From positions 32,001-96,000 of IMG/VR virus record IMGVR_UViG_3300032268_001483: a DNA stretch of 64,000 nt, one strand, 5' to 3'. Below are positions 28,760 through 39,473 of this stretch, one piece after another; the stretch's first letter is position 1, and the number at the start of each line of letters is the position of its first letter. Made by a program: the position numbers and the translations under genes. This stretch comes from a virus. A model generated the notes under the pieces. That model did not search any database. It worked only from the letters and a program-made list of their open reading frames with translations, and was not told the origin of the DNA.

Positions 28760-30246
28760 CCAAACTACAAATCTTACCTTTTACAAGTCCTTTTTCACAA
28801 CAAGTTCTAACTAGTTGAATTGAGGCTACAACTAAAAGTGTATATTTCAAAATAGTTAAAACTGGGCCGATTTGTGTTTCTAAAATTGCTACCAAACTTG
28901 CACCTATAATTGGAGCAACTACTTTAGCAAATCCGCTAAAAATAGACTTTAATTTTTGATTTTTATTTATCGATACTTCACCAGCCTGTTCAATCGATTC
29001 CTGTGCTTGTTGAGTAGGATCACCCTCATCTTCTGCCTCTCCCGAAATAATTTCATCTACTTTAGGCAAAACTTTACCAAATGCTTTATATTTATATGCT
29101 TTATCTAATCCCCTTCTAGCAACTCCTGATATTAGATATAGAGCGCCATTTGTTCCATACTTCAAAGCCTTCAAAACAAGATAGTCTATAGGTCTAATAA
29201 TTAATTTAAAACATTCTAAAACCCAACCCATTACACCCATTCTACCTTTAACTGCCTTTTCTTCACCACCCTTTTCACCAGATGATTTTGAAACTATATC
29301 ACCTTTCTCTTTGTAGAATTCATTTTCTTCTTTATCTTTAAAATAGAATTTATCACCTTCTATCTTTGTTATTTCTTTTTCTATTTCTTCTCCAGTTTTA
29401 GATTTATATTTTACTTTATCACCAACATTATATTCTTGAGCTTCTTGTACCTCATTTATTATCATATCAACATCACTCAGATTACCACCTTCAACTAAAA
29501 AACCTTTGAGTGAATAGTAAACTCTTTCGAAATTAAATTTACTATAAAGATTGAATGAGTCCTTAACTAAATCTTCAATTTTATCTAAATCATCAACTGC
29601 ATCATATTCTGATGCCTCCTCTTCTAATTTCTTTTTTACTTCATCAGAGGTGTTACCTATCTCACCTTTTGAAAATCTACTTTTGATACCGTTCAAGTCT
29701 GATACAACTTCACCTGTTTCAGTTGAGAAAGTTTCATCTAAAATAATTTCAGATAAGGCTTCTACTGATGGATTTTTTTGATTTTCTATTATCCATCCAC
29801 CTACACTTTTAACTAATGTGATCCCGGCAGTTTTTGTGATTTCCCAAAGAGCTATAAATACTTGACTTATTTTTTTAAAGATATTTGATATGGTATCTTT
29901 TATATTTTTTAAAAATTCAGTAAAACTATTATAAGCTTTTCCAACAATATTAATACCGCCTTCCCAAGCATTTTTTGTTGCGTTCCATATTTTACCAAAA
30001 ATATTTTCTTCTTCTAAAATTGAACTATCACTATTTAAAAAACTTCCATAAATTTCTTTAATGATAATTTTATCTAATTTTTTAAAATTTATATTTTTTT
30101 TTGAATTGTGTCACGTCAATTCTTTCTGATATAAGACAACTTTCAAAAATTGATTTATTCGATTCTCTACCTATATTATAAAAATAGTATAGATTATCAA
30201 CCTTTCTACTTTGACTAAAACTTGAATAATTTTTTATATATCTCAC
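28740..30246 (-). CDS. About 501 aa membrane-associated putative internal virion protein interrupted by a +1 frameshift at an A9 tract
   Basis: GTG 30246 gives [10 protein letters not shown]...TQFKKKYKF*. The next frame is open from the A9 run (plus-strand T9, 30094-30102) into track ORF 28740-29696. Contains a KOW/SH3-like segment and a C-terminal TM pair. Confidence 0.65.
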
Positions 30247-31178
30247 GCCTTTTTCATTCTTTTTTTCTCTGCAAATACACTCGCAGCTTCTCTAACCCAT
30301 TCACCTTCATCATATGCCCTCTTTCTTGTCTTTAGTCTTTGTTTATTACAAGGTCCGTTTCCCCCAACGACTTTCCAAAATTCATCCCAATCAATATCTC
30401 CGAAGTCATAGTGTCCCCTTTCTTCATTCCACTTCAACTTTTCATCTGGAAGTTCAACTCCTAAATAATCAGCTTGTTTAACGGTTGCATCTACAAAATC
30501 CTGTCTTAACTCATCGTTGGATTTTCTTTTTATTTTCCAATCCATAGATTTTTGAGAATGCACCGATTGGGAATCATTAGGACCAAACATCATTAAGGCA
30601 GGCCACCACCATCTATCAACAGCATCCTGTAACATCCCCCTTTGTTCTTCATTACCTTGACTCAATTTTACAAGAATTTCATAACCTTGCCTTTGATGAA
30701 AACTTTCTTCTTTACAAATTCTAACCATTGCCCTTGCATAGGGCCCATAGGAAGTTCTACATAACATGACTTGATTCATAATGGCAGCGCCGTCAACTAA
30801 CCAACCAATTGCACCAATATCTGCCCATGTTAGGGTAGGATAATTAAAAATACTTGAATACTTTGCTGAGCCATTTAGGAGTTGTTTATAAAGTTCATCT
30901 CTACTTATGTCTAATGTTTCTGCTGCACTATAAAGATATAGTCCGTGACCAGCTTCATCTTGAACTTTGGCTAATAGACCGACTTTTCTTCTGAGAGTTG
31001 GTGCTCTAAGTATCCAGTTTGCTTCTGGTTGCATCCCAATGATTTCAGAATGTGCGTGTTGGGATATTTGACGAATTAGATTCCTTCTATATTCGTCTGG
31101 CATCCAATCTTTTGGTTCTATTTTTATGTCAGCATCAATCTTTTTTTGAAAAATTAATTCGGTAGATTTTGTTTCCAT
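30243..31178 (-). CDS. paaA: 1,2-phenylacetyl-CoA epoxidase subunit A
   Basis: [44 protein letters not shown]: di-iron ligands present. Confidence 0.95.
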   Translation of the reverse strand: METKSTELIFQKKIDADIKIEPKDWMPDEYRRNLIRQISQHAHSEIIGMQPEANWILRAPTLRRKVGLLAKVQDEAGHGLYLYSAAETLDISRDELYKQLLNGSAKYSSIFNYPTLTWADIGAIGWLVDGAAIMNQVMLCRTSYGPYARAMVRICKEESFHQRQGYEILVKLSQGNEEQRGMLQDAVDRWWWPALMMFGPNDSQSVHSQKSMDWKIKRKSNDELRQDFVDATVKQADYLGVELPDEKLKWNEERGHYDFGDIDWDEFWKVVGGNGPCNKQRLKTRKRAYDEGEWVREAASVFAEKKRMKKA

Positions 31179-31180
31179 TT

Positions 31181-31906
31181 TTAAATCTTCTTTAATTGAA
31201 CTACAACTTGATTATCACCACCAGTGAGTTCACATCTAAATCCACCTTGTGTCACTCTTGTTGCCCACTGAATTAGATCAGCATCTCTGGTAGCATCTAA
31301 TTGATTATTAAAAGATCTCCTAATTTTTTGATTAAGTGCATAATCGTTTCCATACAATCCACCACCTTTTACAGGTGTTCTTATTTCTAACCAATTAGAA
31401 CGTTTTAGATTTACTTTTTTGTAATTATATTTTGTTTTCAAAATTATTTCTAATTCTTTCAGAAAATTTTCTATTTGTTCTTTTACATCAAATTCAGAAC
31501 TTTCTACAAGTCCACCAACTATGTAAAATTTTATTTCTAAATCTTCCCAACTTGGTTTAACTCGGAAGTTTGGAGACTCACCGCTTCGATGATAAAATTG
31601 TTCGATTTCTGATAAAATTTTGGAAAGTACTTTAATATCGGTCAAACATCTACCACCACCACTATGAGGCTGGATACCATCAGCTACACCTTTTAAATTA
31701 ATTGTAATTTCTTTACATTTTTTTGTATCTTTTTTTACATTAGCAACATCAGTAAAAAATCTATTATCAGAAGAAACAAATCCTTCTACAAGTCTAAATT
31801 GTTTATTGTCAACGTAGTCGATAAATAGATCTTCTATATCTTCGTTATCTAATTTGAAACTTTCAAATAGACTTTCAAAGTTGTTAAATTTTTTTAATTT
31901 TTTCAT
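31181..31906 (-). CDS. Hypothetical protein with capsid-targeting-like leader
   Basis: [17 protein letters not shown]. Confidence 0.7.
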   Translation of the reverse strand: MKKLKKFNNFESLFESFKLDNEDIEDLFIDYVDNKQFRLVEGFVSSDNRFFTDVANVKKDTKKCKEITINLKGVADGIQPHSGGGRCLTDIKVLSKILSEIEQFYHRSGESPNFRVKPSWEDLEIKFYIVGGLVESSEFDVKEQIENFLKELEIILKTKYNYKKVNLKRSNWLEIRTPVKGGGLYGNDYALNQKIRRSFNNQLDATRDADLIQWATRVTQGGFRCELTGGDNQVVVQLKKI

Positions 31907-32085
31907 GACTTATATTTTCCTCCTCTTTTTTTCCTTTTACAATATTGCCTTTGAGAAAAGCCTAAATTAGGGTTACTACAATTTATTGATTTTTTGTATT
32001 TTACAGACCATCTTTTTTTACCACCCGCTCTTGGCTTATTGTAACTTTCGAATAAAAATTCTTCAAAATTTAATATTTTTTCCAT
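31903..32085 (-). CDS. Small basic protein (WSxKYKKSINCSNP..GFSQ motif) with leader
   Basis: 60 aa; motif recalled from T4-like phage small proteins. Confidence 0.65.
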   Translation of the reverse strand: MEKILNFEEFLFESYNKPRAGGKKRWSVKYKKSINCSNPNLGFSQRQYCKRKKRGGKYKS

Positions 32086-32087
32086 AA

Positions 32088-32621
32088 TTAACTCTTAAAT
32101 AAATCATTTACATTAAATCCTTCTAATGATGCTCCCAATAGATTCGCTGGTGGATCTAAATTGACATAACCTTCCAAATAGTCTATGAAGAATTTTCTAA
32201 GCTCTGTAGCATTCAATCTAGCCTTTTTATAGTCATTAATATCAAAACGAAAATCGTATGAATATCTTAAAACTAAAACATTGCCTTCTTTCTGAATGTA
32301 GAAAACCAAAGGTATTTTCTTCTGGCTTCCCCAATTTGATTCTAATATTATTTCGAAAATAACCCTACTACCAACTACCTTCTGTGCCGGGAGTGTGAAA
32401 GGTTTGACATCAATTATACTAAAAAATTCTCCATCCGGACTAATTTCGAAGATAAATCTAAATGGCCAAAGTCTAGGTTTGGATGTAGGCATATCTGTCC
32501 CTAATTCAGTTGCATGTTTCAGTAATTGTTCTTTTCTCTTGGGGTGGTGGTGACCAAGTCTATCAGCAGCACTTTTATAAGTAGATTTGAATAATTCATT
32601 TAATGTTTTTAAGTATTTCAT
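32088..32621 (-). CDS. Hypothetical protein with leader
   Basis: MKYLKTLNELFKS; TAATATATA on minus at 32652-32660. Confidence 0.7.
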   Translation of the reverse strand: MKYLKTLNELFKSTYKSAADRLGHHHPKRKEQLLKHATELGTDMPTSKPRLWPFRFIFEISPDGEFFSIIDVKPFTLPAQKVVGSRVIFEIILESNWGSQKKIPLVFYIQKEGNVLVLRYSYDFRFDINDYKKARLNATELRKFFIDYLEGYVNLDPPANLLGASLEGFNVNDLFKS

Positions 32622-32700
32622 GTTAAATTTAATAATTTTGTATTATAATTCTATATATTAATTTATCTTTGTAAAATATTATATATAAAAACAAAATACA

Positions 32701-33177
32701 ATGAAACATATTAAACTATTTGAAAACTTCAATTTGGAAGACATACTTTATCAAATAAATCTTATTTGTGATAGAGATAATTACCATAATCCACAAATAA
32801 GAACTTCGAATAAATCTTACAATGAGGAGTTTATTACCTATCTCTGGGAAATAGCTGAAATTAAGAGAATTGACGCTCTTGGTGGTACAGAATCTAAATC
32901 AGGCTTTAGAAGATATGATATTTCTAACAAAGTGAATTTTGAAGATATTATACATATGGCTCCGACTGGCATAGCAACTGGTATAAAAATAGTAAAATAT
33001 CCAATGGCTAAAATGTTAGATTATGAGACCTGGTCCGGTGGTTATATTGAAGGTTTTATCAGAATGGATAGTGATGATAGGAGATTTGGTGAGTATTTTA
33101 TTTGGACTTATATTAAGATGGATAGACTTAAAGATATAATTGAAAAATTTAGTGATAAGTTGAATTTAGATTTTTGA
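32701..33177 (+). CDS. Hypothetical protein with leader
   Basis: MKHIKLFENF. Confidence 0.7.
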   Translation: MKHIKLFENFNLEDILYQINLICDRDNYHNPQIRTSNKSYNEEFITYLWEIAEIKRIDALGGTESKSGFRRYDISNKVNFEDIIHMAPTGIATGIKIVKYPMAKMLDYETWSGGYIEGFIRMDSDDRRFGEYFIWTYIKMDRLKDIIEKFSDKLNLDF

Positions 33178-34980
33178 AAAAAACCACTTTTTATTGCCTG
33201 AATCAAATATTTTAAAATATCCCTTGGATTCCATAATTTTTTCCTCTGTTAAATTTGGATCTGCACCCTCTTTAACCAACTTATCTTTTCTAAAGTTAAA
33301 TCTACCTACTCGTTTACCACCAATTACATAATAGTAATTTGAAACTGTTTCACCAACAAATTCGAAGTCCAATATTTTATAAATCTTTCCATCAGAATAA
33401 TCATTTTTCGAATAGGAAATAATTTCATTGACATCATCTCTTTTGATAAATCTTTTGAATAACTTGGTGGCTGAACCAACTACATTATAACCAATTTTAT
33501 TACAAAATCTTAATAGTTCCCAGTGACCGAATTTACTTTTTTGACCAAGTGATTTTCTCAATTCACCAAACGTCATGAGACTAACTAATTCATTTCTATA
33601 AAAGAGGCCTAATTTTATTTTTGAACCAACAAATCCCTGTATATGATTATTTTCTAAAAAATCTCTGACTAATTTATTATCCTCGATTATTCTGACATCA
33701 CATTCTCTAGCACCAATTTTAATGTTGGTATTACCAAGTTTATGTCCTATCATAGACTTTAATATTTCTCTTTTCAAAATCCAATCATCTTCCCAAATTT
33801 GAAAAATTCTAATGTTTTTATCTTCAAAGTGTTTTAACTTGTCGGAGTGATAACTTTTATCTTTAAACTTTGTGGAGTGCCAATAAACACCATTGAACTC
33901 AAATCCAATTTTTAATACGGGTAAATAAATATCTATTTCTTTTTTATCTATTTTATGATTTTTTATAATTTCACCTTTATAAATCTCTGAAATAAAATCA
34001 TATAATGAATTTTCAAAAAATGAAGATTTTGTTTTTAGTGGATTGCAATGTATACAAATCTCATTTTCAAATCTTTTTCTAACGGAAAGTGTCGATTTGT
34101 GCATAGTAAAATCTTTTCCACACTTTTTACAATTTAAGTGAAAAGTATCTTTGATATCAATCATCTCTAAATAGAAATTGTTTGAATTAAAAAAATTATT
34201 ATATTCATTGATTATCTTTCTTTTAATTCTGTTCTTTATTATATCTGATTTACTAATATGATCTACACCCCATTTTTCTAAACAAGTTTCTTTAAATTTA
34301 TTTTTAATTTCTGGGCTTTTCATTGGATTATCAACACCAAAATTCTTCAGAATTGTTTCTTTCTTTTTTTTCTTTATTTCATCTGAATGAGCTGGATGAC
34401 TGACTCCAAAATTTTCCAGTAAAGTATTTTTAATTTGTTTTTTTATTGCCTCATTTTGGAATGGATTCTCAACACCCCAATTTTTGAGTGTCGTTTTTGA
34501 TTTTTTTTCTTTAACGCTCTTCAACTTGGATGGATTATCAACACCCCACTTCTCCAAGAAATTCTTTTTAAATGTCTCAGTTCTTTTTTTATATCCTGCC
34601 TTTGTCTGATTCTCAATTAGTCGATTTTTTATCCCCTCATTTTTCATCGGATTATCAACACCCCATTTCTCCATGAAGTTTTTTTTGAAACTTTCTAGTT
34701 TTTTATTATTCAATTCAATATCGTTATTCGAGCAAGTTTTAGAACAATAAGTCCTATAACCTCTTTTTATTGATAAGAATTGAGTTTGATTTTTACAAGA
34801 TTTACACTTACCAACATCTAATCCATCGTTCAAGTATAGATAAATTTTCTCTGATAATGTCGATCCATCCCGATCATTGAAAAAAATGTATAGATTAGGT
34901 AAATTTGAAATTACCCAAGATTCCTTTACAATATATTTTGATAAATAAATTTCTAACTCAGATTTTTGAATTTCAGTCAT
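33166..34980 (-). mobile_element. Free-standing putative homing endonuclease (WGVDNP repeats, Vsr/PD-(D/E)xK-like domain)
   Basis: CKSC..YCSKTC; six (W/F)GV(D/E/S)xP-type repeats; EIDIYLPVLKIGFEFNGVYWHS. Confidence 0.75.
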
Positions 34981-35101
34981 AAAATACCTTTTATTGTATA
35001 TATTAAAAATATCATCGTAGGCTACAAAAAAACAAAATAAATTATCAACTAAACATTTACTATTTTAATAAATATAACTATACAAAAAAAAGAAAAAAAT
35101 T

Positions 35102-36067
35102 ATGACAGTACAAGAACCAATATTAATACCAAATCCAAACAGATATGTTATATTTCCCATTAAACATCACGATATTTGGGAATCATATAAGACATCCGAA
35201 CACCTCTTCTGGACAGCAGAAGAAATAGATTTGGCCCAAGATTTAACAGATTGGAAGGATAAACTTAACGATGATGAAAGACACTACGTTAAAATGGTTC
35301 TGGCGTTTTTCGCGGCGAGTGACGGAATTGTGAATCAAAATCTGGCACAAAACTTTGTAAATGAGGTACAATATCCAGAAGCAATGTTCTATTATGGATT
35401 TCAAATCATGATGGAAAACATCCACTCTGAAACTTATTCTCTTCTAATTGATACTTATATCAAAGATGAGGAGGAAAGAAATAAACTGTTCAATGCCATC
35501 GAGCACTTCCCATCTATTCAGAAGAAAGCAAAGTGGGCACTTAAATGGATTGATTCTCCGAATTTTACTGAAAGATTAGTTGCTTTTGCTGCTGTTGAAG
35601 GTATATTTTTCTCTGGTGCTTTTTGTTCAATTTATTGGTTAAAAAAACGTGGTTTGATGCCGGGTTTAGCATTCTCAAATGAATTAATTTCAAGAGATGA
35701 GGGAATGCATTGTAAATTTGCGACTTTACTATATACAAAACACATTGTAAATAAACTTTCAGAAGAAAGAATTAAAGAGATTATTTGTGATGCAGTTGAA
35801 ATTGAAAAAGAATTCATTACTGAATCTTTACCTGTATCATTGATTGGTATGAATTCTAATTTAATGAAACAATATATTGAATTTGTTGCTGATTATTGGT
35901 TAGTAGAACTTGGATGTTCAAAACAATATAATTCTGCAAACCCATTCGACTTTATGGATATGATTTCTCTACAAGGTAAGAGTAATTTCTTTGAGAAACG
36001 TGTTGGTGAATATAAGAAAGCAACAGACAGAAAGTTTGATTGGGATAATATGGATACAGACTTTTAA
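35102..36067 (+). CDS. nrdB: Ribonucleotide reductase class Ia beta subunit
   Basis: [57 protein letters not shown]. Confidence 0.96.
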   Translation: MTVQEPILIPNPNRYVIFPIKHHDIWESYKTSEHLFWTAEEIDLAQDLTDWKDKLNDDERHYVKMVLAFFAASDGIVNQNLAQNFVNEVQYPEAMFYYGFQIMMENIHSETYSLLIDTYIKDEEERNKLFNAIEHFPSIQKKAKWALKWIDSPNFTERLVAFAAVEGIFFSGAFCSIYWLKKRGLMPGLAFSNELISRDEGMHCKFATLLYTKHIVNKLSEERIKEIICDAVEIEKEFITESLPVSLIGMNSNLMKQYIEFVADYWLVELGCSKQYNSANPFDFMDMISLQGKSNFFEKRVGEYKKATDRKFDWDNMDTDF

Positions 36068-36082
36068 AATTAAATATAAATT

Positions 36083-36259
36083 ATGAAAAAATTAGTATTA
36101 GTTCTACTTGGGTTAATTATTTTAGGAACATCTTGTTCAAGTCCTTATAAAAGGAGAAAAAGATGTAGAGGAAATGGAAGTTGGTATGGTAATAGAAACT
36201 TAGGTGAATCTACAAAATCTGAAAATACTTATCTATTTGTTAACAATTTAAATAAATAA
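36083..36259 (+). CDS. Small basic lipoprotein (58 aa, below ORF-track cutoff)
   Basis: MKKLVLVLLGLIILGTSCSSPYKRRKRCRGNGSWYGNRNL... Confidence 0.7.
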   Translation: MKKLVLVLLGLIILGTSCSSPYKRRKRCRGNGSWYGNRNLGESTKSENTYLFVNNLNK

Positions 36260-36263
36260 AAAA

Positions 36264-36425
36264 ATGCTTTATATACTTTCTTGGGTAATGATTTTAATTT
36301 GCGTATCAATCACAGCTTTAGCTGTTGGGGTTTTTTTAGTAAACAGAAATCCCCATACTAAATTCGCAACTTGGTGGAAAGAAAACATTATTGATAGAGA
36401 ATCAGAAGATAAATTTTTTGATTGA
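36264..36425 (+). CDS. Small single-TM membrane protein (53 aa)
   Basis: MLYILSWVMILICVSITALAVGVFLVNRNPHTKFATWWKENII... Confidence 0.6.
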   Translation: MLYILSWVMILICVSITALAVGVFLVNRNPHTKFATWWKENIIDRESEDKFFD

Positions 36426-36478
36426 TGTCTGATTTTTACTTAAAAATAGATGTATAGAAAAAAGGGAAGTTAGATGGA

Positions 36479-36720
36479 TAATATATAATCTTCCATAGTT
36501 TTTAGAAACCGAGGGTAGTTTAAAAAAATACAAAGTATAATATGAACTGAAAACCTTTCCCAGACTTAGAATTTTAATGAGGAATGAATTTACTACCCTA
36601 TTCATTCCTTAAATTCAATCAAATTATTGTTTAACTACTTTTGTAATCTTTGATGTTCTTCAAAGATTATAACACCAAGTTTTAAATTTTTTTAAAATGG
36701 TGAGCTTGAAAAGGCTAAGA
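36479..36720 (+). ncRNA. Candidate structured 5-prime leader of the SLT gene
   Basis: TAATATATA at 36479, then four hairpins and an 8-bp loop pairing (agggtagt/actaccct). Confidence 0.45.
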
Positions 36721-36739
36721 TAAAAATTTAAAAAAAATT

Positions 36740-37612
36740 ATGTTAAAATTTAGATTAAAGAAATTAGAAACAAAATTGATGTTTAATGAGAAAAATCTCA
36801 CATTTTTCGAACGACTATTTAAAAACCAAATCAGAGTACTTATTAAATGGTATCTCTACCCAGAATTCAGAAAAGGTAATTTATTTATAAAATCCATCAA
36901 AGAAAATAGACTCTTAATAGGTATCTTAGCATTCTTTGTTATTTGGAATATCACACTTTTTAACTTCGGTAAATTGTCCAATCTAAAACAAGTTAAAAAT
37001 TTAGAATCAGAACTTAGTAAAACTACTTCAACACTCCAATCAACTTACCGATTACTAAATCACAAAATTACTACAATTGATAACCTAAGAAAACAAACTC
37101 AAACTCGTCAATATTTGGAATATATCATCAAAAGAGATTGTTATCTTAGATGCCCAGACGCACTCAGTAAATTACCAGACGTTGTCTTTTTCACAATGAT
37201 CGAAGAAATTGAAAGTTACGAAATCCCATATACTATATTTTTTAGAGTAGTAGATTTAGAATCAGGATTTGAATTTATTACTAATACTAGTTCAGGAGCA
37301 TATGGTTATTGTCAAGTAATGCCTTCTACATTCAACCACGTATCTAAAATCTTAGATTTAAAAGAACATTCCCCAGTGAATAATGTAAAAGTAGGAGCTT
37401 ATGTACTAAAAGACGGATTCAAAAGACACAAAGCTAGAGGATTAGATGATAAAGATGCTTGGTTTCACTCTTTAGTTAATTATTGTGGAGGAAGTCATGA
37501 AATTGCAAAAAAAGAAATGATGTATTATAAAGAAGGACTATTAGATACTAAATCCATACTTATAAAAAATCCAGATTCAACTGAAACAAAAGTAAAGGTG
37601 AAAGGGGCTTAA
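36740..37612 (+). CDS. Membrane-anchored lytic transglycosylase (SLT domain)
   Basis: TM helix, coiled coil, VVDLESGF..SSGAYGYCQVMPSTF..NNVKVGAYVL. Confidence 0.85.
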   Translation: MLKFRLKKLETKLMFNEKNLTFFERLFKNQIRVLIKWYLYPEFRKGNLFIKSIKENRLLIGILAFFVIWNITLFNFGKLSNLKQVKNLESELSKTTSTLQSTYRLLNHKITTIDNLRKQTQTRQYLEYIIKRDCYLRCPDALSKLPDVVFFTMIEEIESYEIPYTIFFRVVDLESGFEFITNTSSGAYGYCQVMPSTFNHVSKILDLKEHSPVNNVKVGAYVLKDGFKRHKARGLDDKDAWFHSLVNYCGGSHEIAKKEMMYYKEGLLDTKSILIKNPDSTETKVKVKGA

Positions 37613-37615
37613 AAT

Positions 37616-37651
37616 AAAAAAAAAGAGGATTTTTAAATCCTCTTTTTTTTT
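37616..37651. terminator. Bidirectional intrinsic terminator
   Basis: A-run gaggattt/aaatcctc T-run between convergent genes. Confidence 0.8.
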
Positions 37652-39465
37652 ATTCTAAAATAACGATTTAAGTCAGTCATAAATTTACTACACCTAAGTG
37701 ATTTTGCATAATTCAATTTACTATCTCCATCAGTCGCAACTTCAAAAAAGTTTCTCTTTTCTGTAGCTAATTTTTCTAATTCTTCAAATCCTATTTCTTC
37801 TAACAATAGATTATAATATTCTAATACATCGAAAACTTTTTCATTTACACCTAATTCTAAACCTAAAATCAATGCAGTTGCAGAGTCGCAATATTCTAAA
37901 TTAGAATATGGATTATCACCTACTATGTCCCACAATACGATTACGAAATCCTTCAATATCCACCCGCCTTTCCAATCTTTTACTAACAGTCTTTCCAATA
38001 TCCCATAATGATTCTCCCAATTTGAATTTCTTTTTTCTGATAAATGATTATACCAAAAAGTATTTTTTATATTTGAATTACTAAATCTTAAATAACAACT
38101 ATCGTTTTCATGTACCCAACAAGGTTCTTCATTACAATTACCATTTTTGTAAACATAATCAACTACATCAACCGATTCATCTGCTAAAATATATCCACCA
38201 TAGTAATCAGAATAATAAGCATCATTAATATGTATTGAATCTTGGTGCCAATGGTCAAAAACAATACTATCGTGATCTTGAGGCCACCAACCTACATACA
38301 TTCGACTACCCTTACTTATATAAATTGCATCACTTTCATAAAGGTAACTATCTACATGATCTGACCAAACTGATTCATCTTCTGGAATTGTTTCTCCATG
38401 CCATTCGGAATAAACACCACCTGTGATCTCAGTATGACCTCCGGATGTATCATTCAAGAGGTAATCACCTTCACAGTCTTGATCCTCATCATTATACAAT
38501 TTTGAATCTTCAGTACCAAATCTTCTAAATGTATCTACATACGGAAAGAATCTATATCTCTCATCTTTTAACTGAACAGTCATATTTATCTTGAAATTCT
38601 CTTCATTGAATGTGACTCCTGTAAAACCACCAAAACTATTACTTGATTTATAAGCATAACCTTCTTTTATAGCCCATTCTCTTAAATATTCTACATCAGC
38701 ATCTGAAATAGCATATTGTCTATCCATAAACCATTCGAATTTTGGATTTCCTTTCCAAGATTTAATTGAATCGATTTTCCAAAGTAGGGCTCTTGCTCTC
38801 AATTTCGGTTGATTATTCTCATCTTCGTCTAAAAGACAAACCATTTTACAAACTTCTGGGTTTTTTGTATAGATATCAAAATAATTTTTACATCTTTCAT
38901 ATCTCATACAAGAAGAACCAAGACTTGAATCTTTATTCAGATAGTTTTTTCCATCATACCAAAAAGCAATTTCATCACCTTCAACAACCTTTATTACCAT
39001 TGAAGTCTCACCTTTTTGAACAGCTTTAAACTTATCTGTAAACTTCTCAATATCACCAGGAGTCCATTTACCAGGTGAAAGAATATTAACAATTTTACCT
39101 ACTTTGACTGGATTTCTAGCCTTATTCCAAGATGGCAATTTAATCAGATAACTATCTGAATAGGCTTTGATGAAATCATTCTCTACCCTTTTTAGTGTAT
39201 CTTTTACAAAAGAATCATCACCATCTTCTTCTATACCCTTTAACATGGATTTCATAGTTTTAAAGGTAACATATCCTTCTCTCGAATCAACATCTAAAAA
39301 TGTCACATCTTCTTTAGGATTTGTTCCCTCTTTTGATAGGATATCTTTTGCGATAGGATGTTTTACTTTAGCTAATTCTTCTCTCAATTTAGGAGAAAAA
39401 TAAACAATAGACTCATTAATTGATTCTATTTGCTTTTCAACTAAAAATTCATAATAATTTTTCAA
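37633..39465 (-). CDS. SCM-family phage protein with acidic aromatic repeats (paralogue of 14308-15729)
   Basis: MKNYYEFLVE leader; LGSSCMRYERCKNYFDIYTKNPEVC..RALLW..FMDRQY. Confidence 0.7.
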   Translation of the reverse strand: MKNYYEFLVEKQIESINESIVYFSPKLREELAKVKHPIAKDILSKEGTNPKEDVTFLDVDSREGYVTFKTMKSMLKGIEEDGDDSFVKDTLKRVENDFIKAYSDSYLIKLPSWNKARNPVKVGKIVNILSPGKWTPGDIEKFTDKFKAVQKGETSMVIKVVEGDEIAFWYDGKNYLNKDSSLGSSCMRYERCKNYFDIYTKNPEVCKMVCLLDEDENNQPKLRARALLWKIDSIKSWKGNPKFEWFMDRQYAISDADVEYLREWAIKEGYAYKSSNSFGGFTGVTFNEENFKINMTVQLKDERYRFFPYVDTFRRFGTEDSKLYNDEDQDCEGDYLLNDTSGGHTEITGGVYSEWHGETIPEDESVWSDHVDSYLYESDAIYISKGSRMYVGWWPQDHDSIVFDHWHQDSIHINDAYYSDYYGGYILADESVDVVDYVYKNGNCNEEPCWVHENDSCYLRFSNSNIKNTFWYNHLSEKRNSNWENHYGILERLLVKDWKGGWILKDFVIVLWDIVGDNPYSNLEYCDSATALILGLELGVNEKVFDVLEYYNLLLEEIGFEELEKLATEKRNFFEVATDGDSKLNYAKSLRCSKFMTDLNRYFRIKKKRI

Positions 39466-39473
39466 AATAAAAT

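Noticed and set aside
35102-36067. Intron or intein in nrdB or the neck gene given the neighbouring endonucleases
   Set aside because: Both genes are continuous and of normal length; the endonucleases are free-standing.
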